A stretch of DNA of 51,715 bases from Meiothermus sp. (GTDB lineage: Bacteria > Deinococcota > Deinococci > Deinococcales > Thermaceae): the NCBI GenBank assembly GCA_033762915.1, contig JANRLD010000113.1, positions 1-51,715 on the forward strand. Direction: 5' to 3'. Shown piece by piece: positions 38,922 through 47,240 of this stretch (the stretch's first letter is position 1; each line of letters opens with the position of its first letter). Under the pieces are notes generated by a model that had not been told where the DNA came from, did no database searches, and worked only from the letters and a program-made list of their open reading frames with translations. The translations under genes and the position numbers were made by a program.

Positions 38922-40187
38922 CTACACCCGTGCCGAATAGCTCTCGATCAACCTAACCGCCTTCCCCAGCCCATCCTCGGCACGTATCTGCTGCCCCAGT
39001 TGTGCGGCCTTCTGTCGCATCTGCGGGTTGTTCAGGGTCTCGCTGATGGCCCTGGCAAGCCCCTCGCTGCTCAGTCGCTTGCGCGGGATGGGACGCGGCC
39101 CGGCCCCGATTCCCGCCACCACTTCGCCCCAGTAGGGCTGGTCGCCAAAGAAAGGCACGATCACCGAGGGCACCCCGGCCCGCAAGCCCGCCGCCGTGGT
39201 GCCCGCCCCGCCGTGATGAACAACCGCCGCCATACGTGGAAAAAGCCAGGTATGCGGGGCCGACTCGAGGGCGAACACGTGCTCGGGTAAGTCGGCTTTT
39301 TTCAGCCCGCCCCAGCCCGATTGCATCACCGCCCGCTGGCGGGTGGGCCGGAGTGCTTCCAGCACCAACTCGGCAGTGGCTTCGGGGTCGCGGTGGGCCA
39401 TGCTGCCGAAGCCGACGTAAACGGGCGGCGGGCCTGCCTCGAGGAAATCCACAAGCGCTTTGGGCGGTGTCCAGTTGGGGGCGGCCTCTAAAAACCAGTA
39501 GCCGGTCACCTCGGCGCTTTGCCAGTCGGCGGGCTTGGGAATTACCGATGGGCTAAAACCGTAAATAGCCGGGTGGCGCCCCAAGACGGGCGAGTTGTAC
39601 GGCCCCAGGAAGGGCGCTTTGGGCAACCCCAAGACCTGCTCGCGCACGGCATTGTCGCCCGTCCGGCTGGTCTGCCACAGGGCCTGCCGCACGAGCTGAT
39701 GGGTTAGGCGGTTGACTGCCCCGCCCAGTCTGCCCGCCCAGCGCGGGAACAAAATCCCGGCGAACGCTGAGGTAGGAGTGAAAGGGAAGACATAGGCCTG
39801 AATCAGCGGAAGGTTGAGCTTCTCGGCCAGCCCCAGCGCCACGTATAGCCCGCCCACGCCTGCCACCAGCACGTCCATATCTTCGCAAGCCCGTAGCCCC
39901 TCGGAAGCCCAGCTCAGGGCGGCCTCCTGGGAGGCCTTAGCGGCGAAGCGTTGGATGGCGATAAAGTTGCCTTTTTCGATCAACGCCTTTAGTTCAGGCG
40001 ACTCGGTGATTTCTTGGACATTGCCTTGCACGGGCCAGAACTCGAGACCCTGCCCCTCAACCAAACCCGCATAGTTCTCGTGGGTGATCAGCCGAACCCG
40101 ATGCCCGGCATCCAGCAAACCCTTACCCAAAGCCACGTAGGGCTGCACATCTCCCTGACTGCCTAAAGCGATGATTGCGGTACGCAC
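38922..40187 (-). CDS. GT1 glycosyltransferase (sterol glucosyltransferase-like)
   Basis: GSQGDVQP, VYVGFGSM, HHGGAGTTAAGLRAGVP..PFFGDQ; GGAGGT RBS before GTG. Confidence 0.9.
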   Translation of the reverse strand: MRTAIIALGSQGDVQPYVALGKGLLDAGHRVRLITHENYAGLVEGQGLEFWPVQGNVQEITESPELKALIEKGNFIAIQRFAAKASQEAALSWASEGLRACEDMDVLVAGVGGLYVALGLAEKLNLPLIQAYVFPFTPTSAFAGILFPRWAGRLGGAVNRLTHQLVRQALWQTSRTGDNAVREQVLGLPKAPFLGPYNSPVLGRHPAIYGFSPSVIPKPADWQSAEVTGYWFLEAAPNWTPPKALVDFLEAGPPPVYVGFGSMAHRDPEATAELVLEALRPTRQRAVMQSGWGGLKKADLPEHVFALESAPHTWLFPRMAAVVHHGGAGTTAAGLRAGVPSVIVPFFGDQPYWGEVVAGIGAGPRPIPRKRLSSEGLARAISETLNNPQMRQKAAQLGQQIRAEDGLGKAVRLIESYSARV

Positions 40188-40304
40188 TGGAACCTCCTAG
40201 GGAAAACTGTCGAGAGTTGAAAGTCGAAGATCGAAGGACAAAAGCCAACACCATAGCGTCTCGAGACTCGAGCGCACCTTTGGGAACGTTCTGTTGTCGG
40301 GCGG

Positions 40305-40928
40305 CTATTTTTTGGGCTTGTTACCTCCGGCGAAGGCGGCGGCGAAGGTCTGGCCCAGCAGAGTCAGAATGGCATCGGACTCGAGGTCGGTGGTCTCGTC
40401 GCCCAGCAGGCTCAGCACGAAGACCCCCAGTACGCTGCCGGCCATCGCCCGGATCATGTGGGAAGCCTCGAGGTCGCGCAGCTTGCCCGCACCCGCCATC
40501 CCAACAAAGGTGTTCTCCCCCAACTCGAAGATGGGGCCAAAGATTTCCTGAAAGCCCCGCTCGCGCAGCGCCGGATTGGTAATGAGTTCGGGCAGCACCA
40601 CCCGCCAGAGTTCCTTTTGGGCTTGTAGGGCCTTGAAGCGCCGCTGCAACTGGGCAACCATGACGGTCTCGAGGTCGCCCGCCTTGATCTGCTCCATCTG
40701 CTCGGCCCGCTGCTCCCGCTCGGCGAGTTGAGCGAGCAGGGCTAGCAGCAGTTCATCCTTGGAGCGGAAATAGTTGTACACCGTGCCGTTGGAGATACCC
40801 GCCGCATTGGCGACTTCTTGCATTTTGGCCACCTGAAAACCCCGCTCCGAAAAGACCTGTATAGCCGCCGCCAAAATTTGCTCCCGGCGCAGGTCTTCGC
40901 GTTTTTGCTGATACGAGTCCTTGGTCAT
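40305..40928 (-). CDS. TetR/AcrR family transcriptional regulator
   Basis: ILAAAIQVFSERGF...AGISNGTVYNYFRSKDEL HTH. Confidence 0.92.
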   Translation of the reverse strand: MTKDSYQQKREDLRREQILAAAIQVFSERGFQVAKMQEVANAAGISNGTVYNYFRSKDELLLALLAQLAEREQRAEQMEQIKAGDLETVMVAQLQRRFKALQAQKELWRVVLPELITNPALRERGFQEIFGPIFELGENTFVGMAGAGKLRDLEASHMIRAMAGSVLGVFVLSLLGDETTDLESDAILTLLGQTFAAAFAGGNKPKK

Positions 40929-40960
40929 TGCACCACCTTAGCAATGACTGTACAATAAAA

Positions 40961-40974
40961 TGACTGATTAGTCA
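40961..40974. promoter_or_regulatory. Putative TetR operator
   Basis: TGACT-gatt-AGTCA palindrome just upstream of tetR, with an extra AATGACTG half-site at 40943-40950. Confidence 0.6.
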
Positions 40975-41017
40975 ATCAAGTGATTTTGTAGTCATATCAA
41001 CTGTATTGCAGAATCTC

Positions 41018-43111
41018 CTACTCATTGTCAAATTCTTTGGGTCTCCAACCCCCAAGGTATTTTTCAGCCAATTTCAGCACCTCATTATCATCCTTAGGCA
41101 TGGTTTCCCTCAGGCGATTGATGCGTTCCCTAAGCTCGCCTTCATCACCGAATATTTTGATCAAAGAATCCCATTCAAGTCGTGGAAGTCGGTGAACTGT
41201 TCGACTACCCATGCTCTGACTTCTGACTTCATTACGAGCAGATTGAAGAATCGTCAGTGTAAACCCCGGATCATCAGGTAGCTCAAACGCTGGCTCATCT
41301 TCAGCAGTTTCTCTCGCTAAGATCAGTACCCGTAAAAGATCATGCTCAGACTCAAAATTTTCTTTCAATGTGGCTCGAACCTCAGCTCGCCAAGCTTTTT
41401 CAAATTCTGATGCTGCATCTTCTGTTACTAACTTGAGCCCAATATCTTTCCTATAACCTATTTGGTTAATCAGCTCTAGCTTCGCAGAAAGTAAGGTAAC
41501 TTGGGGTAGTATCTTCCTAACAGACTCTTCAACTAAACTTGGATCTTTTAGAGATCGAATAAGTCGGTATGTAACACGCCCTACTACTAATGACGTGTCA
41601 AATCCAAACATGCCCCTAGGTCGTTCAGGAAGGATCGGACGTATATTGAGTAAAGCAATAACTCCTGGAATAACATGCTTTGGAGTGAACTTGTCCTCAA
41701 AAGTTTCTAGAGCTGCAATCACGTCTTCCAGCCGCTCAATCTTCAAGGAGTTTAGATAGCTGTTGAACGCTTCTAAATCCTCCATGATCCTGAATGCGTG
41801 TTCAGCCTCCGCGAATGCCTTAAACCCTTCACCAGCGACATGTTCAAGATACAAGGTTAAAACATGTTCGTGAGCAACTCGACGTTCGCTAAGCCAATTT
41901 TTCTTCCACTCCTCTCCATAGGAACTATCCCCAATATGCCGCCTTGCTGCCAAGAAAAGGTGTTTGATCATTGAACGTACAACTTCTGAGTGTTCCCCTG
42001 CTGCTTCGATTAGTTTATCAATAGCATCTTTGAATTCGGGCGACTCCGAGCGAATTCCATATCCGTAGGAAAAAACTGTGGTTAGTCCTGCCATAGAGTT
42101 GTGGAGTTTGCTGTACACGTCTGGCAAAAAAACGCGAATTGCCTCGAGAGCCAATACATCTGCAAGAGCAATCTGGCCGCCAAGAGAGCTAACTGTCCCG
42201 TGAATCGCTGCAGCATACCTCCGAACATCCCGCATATTACGTATTAGAGGGCGTATCACTTCAAAAAACAAATCGGGCCAGATATCTTGGTTAAACACAC
42301 CGGGTTTATCAATCCCTTGAAGGGATTTATCAATGGCCTCAAGAATTTGGGAATGCATTACTTGTGAAGGAATAGCAGGAATATCTATTGCAACCTGAAG
42401 AATTTTCTCAAGATATGCACGACCGGGAACTCCGTCATCGCTTAGTGCTTGCTCAACTCGAGTACGATCAAAAGCGAGGATGTATATCACTTTTGGAAAA
42501 CTTGCTGTTAGGCGTACAACTTTGAATATATCTCTGATTTCTGCACTAGAAAGACGATCTATGTCATCAAGTACAACAACAATAGGTTGATGTAAGGCGT
42601 TCAACGTCTGTGTCAGCTTTTGGCGTTGCCCTCCTATCCCGCCTTTGCGTCGCTCAATGAAGCTTTTTAGCGCTTTAGACGTTTCTGAAACTCGTTCAAT
42701 CCAAGGACCTACAACGGGCAACCATTTAAGATCAGAGAAAATTTCACCGTACTCCGCTAAGTTCTTGGCAATTTCGGCAAAGTCTTTCTTATTCTTCAGT
42801 TGAGCAGAAACTTCAATAAAGAATTTCTCAATCAACTGCTCGGCACCGCTAAACATCCAAGGATTGAAATCCACCACAGGAATACCAGCTTTCTCAAACT
42901 CAGCACGAGCTAAGTTCACAAAAGATGTCTTTCCTGAGCCCCAAGCGCCAAGTACACCCACTACTGCACCATCAGTCACGTCAAGCGCAAGAACATGACG
43001 AGCAAAAGACTGCGCATAAGTATTCCTACCCAACAAATCTTCTTCGGGTTTTCGTATGGGGTTATCAGCTACGACCATCTTATTTTTAGTATAATTTTTA
43101 TCGTCACTCAT
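41018..43111 (-). CDS. KAP family P-loop NTPase
   Basis: DLLGR, GAWGSGKTS, FNPWMF, VVLDDIDRL, YLEKILQ, NMRDVRR; AT-richer than flanks. Confidence 0.9.
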   Translation of the reverse strand: MSDDKNYTKNKMVVADNPIRKPEEDLLGRNTYAQSFARHVLALDVTDGAVVGVLGAWGSGKTSFVNLARAEFEKAGIPVVDFNPWMFSGAEQLIEKFFIEVSAQLKNKKDFAEIAKNLAEYGEIFSDLKWLPVVGPWIERVSETSKALKSFIERRKGGIGGQRQKLTQTLNALHQPIVVVLDDIDRLSSAEIRDIFKVVRLTASFPKVIYILAFDRTRVEQALSDDGVPGRAYLEKILQVAIDIPAIPSQVMHSQILEAIDKSLQGIDKPGVFNQDIWPDLFFEVIRPLIRNMRDVRRYAAAIHGTVSSLGGQIALADVLALEAIRVFLPDVYSKLHNSMAGLTTVFSYGYGIRSESPEFKDAIDKLIEAAGEHSEVVRSMIKHLFLAARRHIGDSSYGEEWKKNWLSERRVAHEHVLTLYLEHVAGEGFKAFAEAEHAFRIMEDLEAFNSYLNSLKIERLEDVIAALETFEDKFTPKHVIPGVIALLNIRPILPERPRGMFGFDTSLVVGRVTYRLIRSLKDPSLVEESVRKILPQVTLLSAKLELINQIGYRKDIGLKLVTEDAASEFEKAWRAEVRATLKENFESEHDLLRVLILARETAEDEPAFELPDDPGFTLTILQSARNEVRSQSMGSRTVHRLPRLEWDSLIKIFGDEGELRERINRLRETMPKDDNEVLKLAEKYLGGWRPKEFDNE

Positions 43112-43185
43112 CGGTTCATCCTATATTTTAGCAAGAGCTTCGAGCTAGGTTTTTGATGTACAGCCAACTTCATTGTTCTAGAAAA

Positions 43186-43917
43186 TCAACGCAACTTACT
43201 AACCTCACTCATCAACTGCCGCACGTGGTCAGCGTCCACATGGCCCGTATCCCGGTGGTTGTCTTTGAAATAGCTGCCGACAATCGCGCCATTGGTCAGC
43301 GCCAGTTGCTCGCCACAGTTCTCGAGCGTCACCCCCGCCCCAACAATCAGCGGGAACTCGCCCAGCACCGCGCGGAACTCACGAATCTTCTCGAGGTCGG
43401 TTTCCATCCCCGTACCCTCGCCCGTCACCACTACCGCATCGCACCGGGCCATCCCCAAATGCAAGTCTTCCTCGAGGCTGCGCCCCGAGAGCACCGGCTG
43501 ATACTTGAAGCGCACCCCACCCAGCACGCTCACCTTGCCCAGTGCGCGGTAGCCCGCCACCATCGCGGCAAAGGCACGGTCTAGCTCCGGGGGCAAGTGC
43601 CCCGCTACCGAGTCGACCTGCATAAAGCGTGCGCCGTACAGCACCGCCAACTCGTAGCTGCGGTGAAAGTTGTCGAGGATGTTGACCCCGTAGATGCGCC
43701 CCCCGTGCGCCTCCTGCAAATGCTGCAGCACCCGCTCCGCATCGTTGATGCTGCCGAAGTAGTCTTCGACCAGCACCGCGTCCACGCCGCCGGAGTAGTA
43801 AACCTCGATCTCCTCTTTGGCTCGAGCGAGCCTCTCGAGGGCCGTATCGCCCTTCAAGTGCAACACACCCACGACGGGCTTGGGGTGCGGGAACAGCGGC
43901 AAGAATGGATGGGGCAT
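43186..43917 (-). CDS. BtpA/SgcQ family TIM-barrel protein
   Basis: VVGVLHL, GVNIL, GVRFKY, DAVVVTGEGTG, VGAGVT, AIVGSYFK. Confidence 0.85.
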   Translation of the reverse strand: MPHPFLPLFPHPKPVVGVLHLKGDTALERLARAKEEIEVYYSGGVDAVLVEDYFGSINDAERVLQHLQEAHGGRIYGVNILDNFHRSYELAVLYGARFMQVDSVAGHLPPELDRAFAAMVAGYRALGKVSVLGGVRFKYQPVLSGRSLEEDLHLGMARCDAVVVTGEGTGMETDLEKIREFRAVLGEFPLIVGAGVTLENCGEQLALTNGAIVGSYFKDNHRDTGHVDADHVRQLMSEVSKLR

Positions 43918-43975
43918 GTTCGTTTTCCAGACTATCGCATAGACATTGCCCTGGGACCATCGGACAATACCCCCA

Positions 43976-44893
43976 ATGCGACCCTATAGCGTGTTTATCG
44001 GGGATGTTTCGCTGGACGAATACTACCAGGCGCCGTACTGGCCCGCCATCAAAGACAAGGTGGCGGTAAGGCCACTGCAACCGCAGTTTGGCGGGATGAT
44101 CGCCAATGCGGCCTGTGTGTTCGCGGCCCTGGGCGAACCGGTGCGCTTCATGGGTATTTTGAACCGGGGCGCGGTGAGCCAGAGGCTGCTGGAAAACCTC
44201 GAGCAAAGCGGTGTGGACACCAGCCTAATGCTCTTCGACGATGCCCTGCCCGACTCCAAGTGCCTCATTGTGTTGGCCGAGGGCGAGCACACGGTGTTCT
44301 ATCCCGAGATGAACATCGAGCGCCTCGAGATCAGCCTGGAGCAGCTCGAGGTTCTGGCGGGGGCCAGGTACGTCTACTCGACCCGCAGCGACACCCTGCG
44401 CCTTACCTGCGGCAACCTGACCAACGACCAAATTCTGGCCCGCATCCGCACTGGCGGGGCCAAGCTGGTCTACGACCTCGACGTGGGCTACCTGCCCAGC
44501 GAGGACGAAGCCTACTACCAGCAAATAGACATTGCCTTCTTCAACGAGATTGGCTTTAACAGCTATCGAAAAGGCCGCAGTGAGGCCCAGGCGGCGGCCG
44601 ATTTGCTCTCGTATGGAACCGAGTTGGTAGTAGTGACTTTTGCTGAAAAAGGCTGTGTCGTGTATAGCCAAGCGGGGCAGATTCAAGTTCCCGCCCACAG
44701 CGTCGAGGTGGTGGACGTGACGGGTGCGGGGGACACCTTTTGCTCGAGCTTCCTCTTCGCCTACGCCAAGACCGGCGACCCCCAACACGCCGCCCGTTTT
44801 GCCTCTGCGGCAGCGGCCATCTGCGTGGGCGGGCTGGGCGGGCGTGCGGGCGCGGTGGGCGAGGCAGCGGTGTTGCGGCTTATGGGCCGATAA
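43976..44893 (+). CDS. PfkB family carbohydrate kinase
   Basis: GGMIANAA, FFNE, VVDVTGAGDTF. Confidence 0.88.
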   Translation: MRPYSVFIGDVSLDEYYQAPYWPAIKDKVAVRPLQPQFGGMIANAACVFAALGEPVRFMGILNRGAVSQRLLENLEQSGVDTSLMLFDDALPDSKCLIVLAEGEHTVFYPEMNIERLEISLEQLEVLAGARYVYSTRSDTLRLTCGNLTNDQILARIRTGGAKLVYDLDVGYLPSEDEAYYQQIDIAFFNEIGFNSYRKGRSEAQAAADLLSYGTELVVVTFAEKGCVVYSQAGQIQVPAHSVEVVDVTGAGDTFCSSFLFAYAKTGDPQHAARFASAAAAICVGGLGGRAGAVGEAAVLRLMGR

Positions 44894-44984
44894 ATACCAG
44901 GTGGGCCCGCGCACCACACCTCGAGGCCGGCCGCGCCACAGAACACGTGCCAACTCGATCCATGAGCGCGGCGTCGCCGCTGGC

Positions 44985-45953
44985 CTACAGCGCCAGCACC
45001 TTCGCCATTTCGTACTTCTTGCGGTTGATGTCCTTGCGGCGTTCGATGGCTTCCTTGAAGGGGGTCAGGCGGATTTCGTCGTTGACCTGACCAATCGCCA
45101 CGCCGCTGGCCCCGGAGAGCAGGGCCTCCACACAGCCCGAGCCCAGGCGGCTGGCCAGCACCCGGTCGGCAGCGGTGGGGCTGCCACCGCGCTGGATGTG
45201 GCCCAGGATGGTCACGCGGCCCTCGATGCCGTTGCAGGCCTCTACGTCCCGCGCCAGCGCCACTGCCCCGCCCTCGTAGCCGCCCTCGGCCACCACCACG
45301 ATGCTCGAGCGCTTCCCCTTCTGGCCTGAAGCGGTGATGATCTCGGCGCAGACGTCGGCGCTGGTGGGCACCTCGGGGATCACGATGATCTCGGCCCCAC
45401 CCCCGATCCCCACCTCGAGGGCGATAAAGCCCGCGTGCCGCCCCATCACCTCGATGAAGAAGACCCGCTCGTGGCTGGCGGCGGTGTCGCGGATGCGGTC
45501 GATGGCGTCGAGGGCGGTGTTGACGGCGGTGTCGAAGCCGATGGTGAAGTCGGTGCCGTAGAGGTCGTTGTCGATGGTGCCCGGGGCCCCCACCATGGGG
45601 ATGTGGTGCTCGGCGATCAGCTTCATGGCGCCGGTGTAGGTGCCGTTGCCCCCGATGGCCACCACGCCCTCGATGCCGGCCTTGCGCAGGTTATCGGCGG
45701 CCTTGGCGCGGCCCTCGGGGGTCATGAACTCCTTCGAGCGGGCGGTGAGCAGCACCGTGCCGCCGCGCTGGAGGGTGTTGGCCATGTCGCGGGGGCGCAG
45801 CGGGGTGAAGTCCTCCTCGATCATCCCCTGGTAGCCGCGCCGGATGCCCACTACCTCGAGGCCCATCGCCTTGCTGGTGCGCACCACCGCCCGCACCGCC
45901 GCATTCATGCCGGGGGCGTCGCCCCCGCTGGTAAAGACACCAATTCGCTTCAT
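44985..45953 (-). CDS. pfkA: 6-phosphofructokinase
   Basis: MKRIGVFTSGGDAPGMN, TIDND, EVMGRHAG, LGHIQRGG. Confidence 0.96.
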   Translation of the reverse strand: MKRIGVFTSGGDAPGMNAAVRAVVRTSKAMGLEVVGIRRGYQGMIEEDFTPLRPRDMANTLQRGGTVLLTARSKEFMTPEGRAKAADNLRKAGIEGVVAIGGNGTYTGAMKLIAEHHIPMVGAPGTIDNDLYGTDFTIGFDTAVNTALDAIDRIRDTAASHERVFFIEVMGRHAGFIALEVGIGGGAEIIVIPEVPTSADVCAEIITASGQKGKRSSIVVVAEGGYEGGAVALARDVEACNGIEGRVTILGHIQRGGSPTAADRVLASRLGSGCVEALLSGASGVAIGQVNDEIRLTPFKEAIERRKDINRKKYEMAKVLAL

Positions 45954-46098
45954 TGAAGAACCCCGCTTAGAGTCGAGCTTTAAGAGTCGAAAGCCAAAGC
46001 TGGGGCTATTGTATTGAGAGTTCGGGGATAAGTACAGGAGAGGCGGACTGCCCAAAGCAAGTGCCCCCGGCGAAAGGGGGCGGGTCTGGGACCTGGCC

Positions 46099-46195
46099 TC
46101 ATCGCCTTTCCCACCTTTACTTCCCTCGCGGCGGCGGGCAATCTACTCCCTACAGCAAAAACCGCTGTAGAGAGTGTTCGTGGGAACCGCTCTCA
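46099..46195 (-). repeat. Dispersed structured repeat, copy 4
   Basis: Minus strand TGAGAGCGGTTCCCACGAACACTCTCTACAGCGGTTTTTGCTGTAGGGAGTAG...GTGGGAAAGGCGATGA. Confidence 0.8.
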
Positions 46196-46200
46196 GGCCC

Positions 46201-47019
46201 TCAGCTTTCGGCCTGGGGCTTCTTCCCGTGCACCATCTCGTAGGCCTGGTTGCGCGGGAGGCCCGCGTCGTTCAGGGCCTTGACCAGCTCTTTGCCCTTC
46301 AGGCCCTGGGCCTTGAAGCCCTCGAGCATCGCCGTGACACTGGCCCTCGGCTCCCGGCCCTCGGCCCTCGGCTCCCTCGGACCCAGCACCAGCACAAACT
46401 CGCCCCTGGGCTCCTTGAAGTGCTCGAGCGCCCCGGCCAGGGTGCCGCGCCACAACTCCTCGTGCAGCTTGGTCAGCTCTCGAGCCACGCAGACCGGGTG
46501 CTCGGTTCCGTAGAAGCGCACTAGGTCCTTCAGGGTGTCGGTCAGACGGTGGGGGGCCTCGTAGATCACCACCGTGCGGCCGGCGGCGACCTGCTCGAGG
46601 CGCTCCTTGCGCTCGGAGGCCTTCTGGGGCAGGAAGCCCTCGAAGCTGAAGCGGGCGGTAGGGAAACCGGAGGCCACCAGGGCCGGGACAAGGGCGGTGG
46701 GGCCGGGCAGCACCTCCACGCCCCAGCCCTCGCGCACCGCCAGCGCCACCAGCTCGGCCCCAGGGTCGGAGATACCGGGGGTCCCGGCGTCGGTGCAGTA
46801 GGCCACGTGGTCGCGCCCCTCCAGCAGGTGCTTGGCGTTGCCCACTGTGTGCTGGTCGAGCCGCACCATCGGCTTGGAGATGCCCAGGTGCTTCAGCAGG
46901 ATGCCGGTGCGGCGGGTGTCCTCGCAGGCCACCACCTCGGCCTCCTTCAGCGCGCGCACGGCCCGCAGGGTGATGTCCTCGAGGTTGCCTATCGGGGTGG
47001 GAACCAGAACCAGCCTCAC
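46201..47019 (-). CDS. rsmI: 16S rRNA (cytidine1402-2'-O)-methyltransferase
   Basis: LVLVPTPIGNLEDITLRA, ACEDTRRT, DAGTPGISDPG, YEAPHRL, RELTKLHEE, PRGEFVLV. Confidence 0.95.
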   Translation of the reverse strand: MRLVLVPTPIGNLEDITLRAVRALKEAEVVACEDTRRTGILLKHLGISKPMVRLDQHTVGNAKHLLEGRDHVAYCTDAGTPGISDPGAELVALAVREGWGVEVLPGPTALVPALVASGFPTARFSFEGFLPQKASERKERLEQVAAGRTVVIYEAPHRLTDTLKDLVRFYGTEHPVCVARELTKLHEELWRGTLAGALEHFKEPRGEFVLVLGPREPRAEGREPRASVTAMLEGFKAQGLKGKELVKALNDAGLPRNQAYEMVHGKKPQAES

Positions 47020-47240
47020 CCCCCTAGTGTAGCCCAGTTCGGGGCCGACAGACTGTCGAGCCCACTGCCGGGGGCCTCCCCCGGCCCGCCGACCCGCCGA
47101 TTGCCCCGCGCTTGGACCGTCGCGTTCGGCCCGGGACGCCGGGCTCGAGTATCCTAGGCGCAGACGGCGCTTGGCCCGAACGGGAATTGGCCTAACAAGC
47201 TCCCCGCCCCTGGCCGGACAGGCCGCCGCAAAGGACGTCC

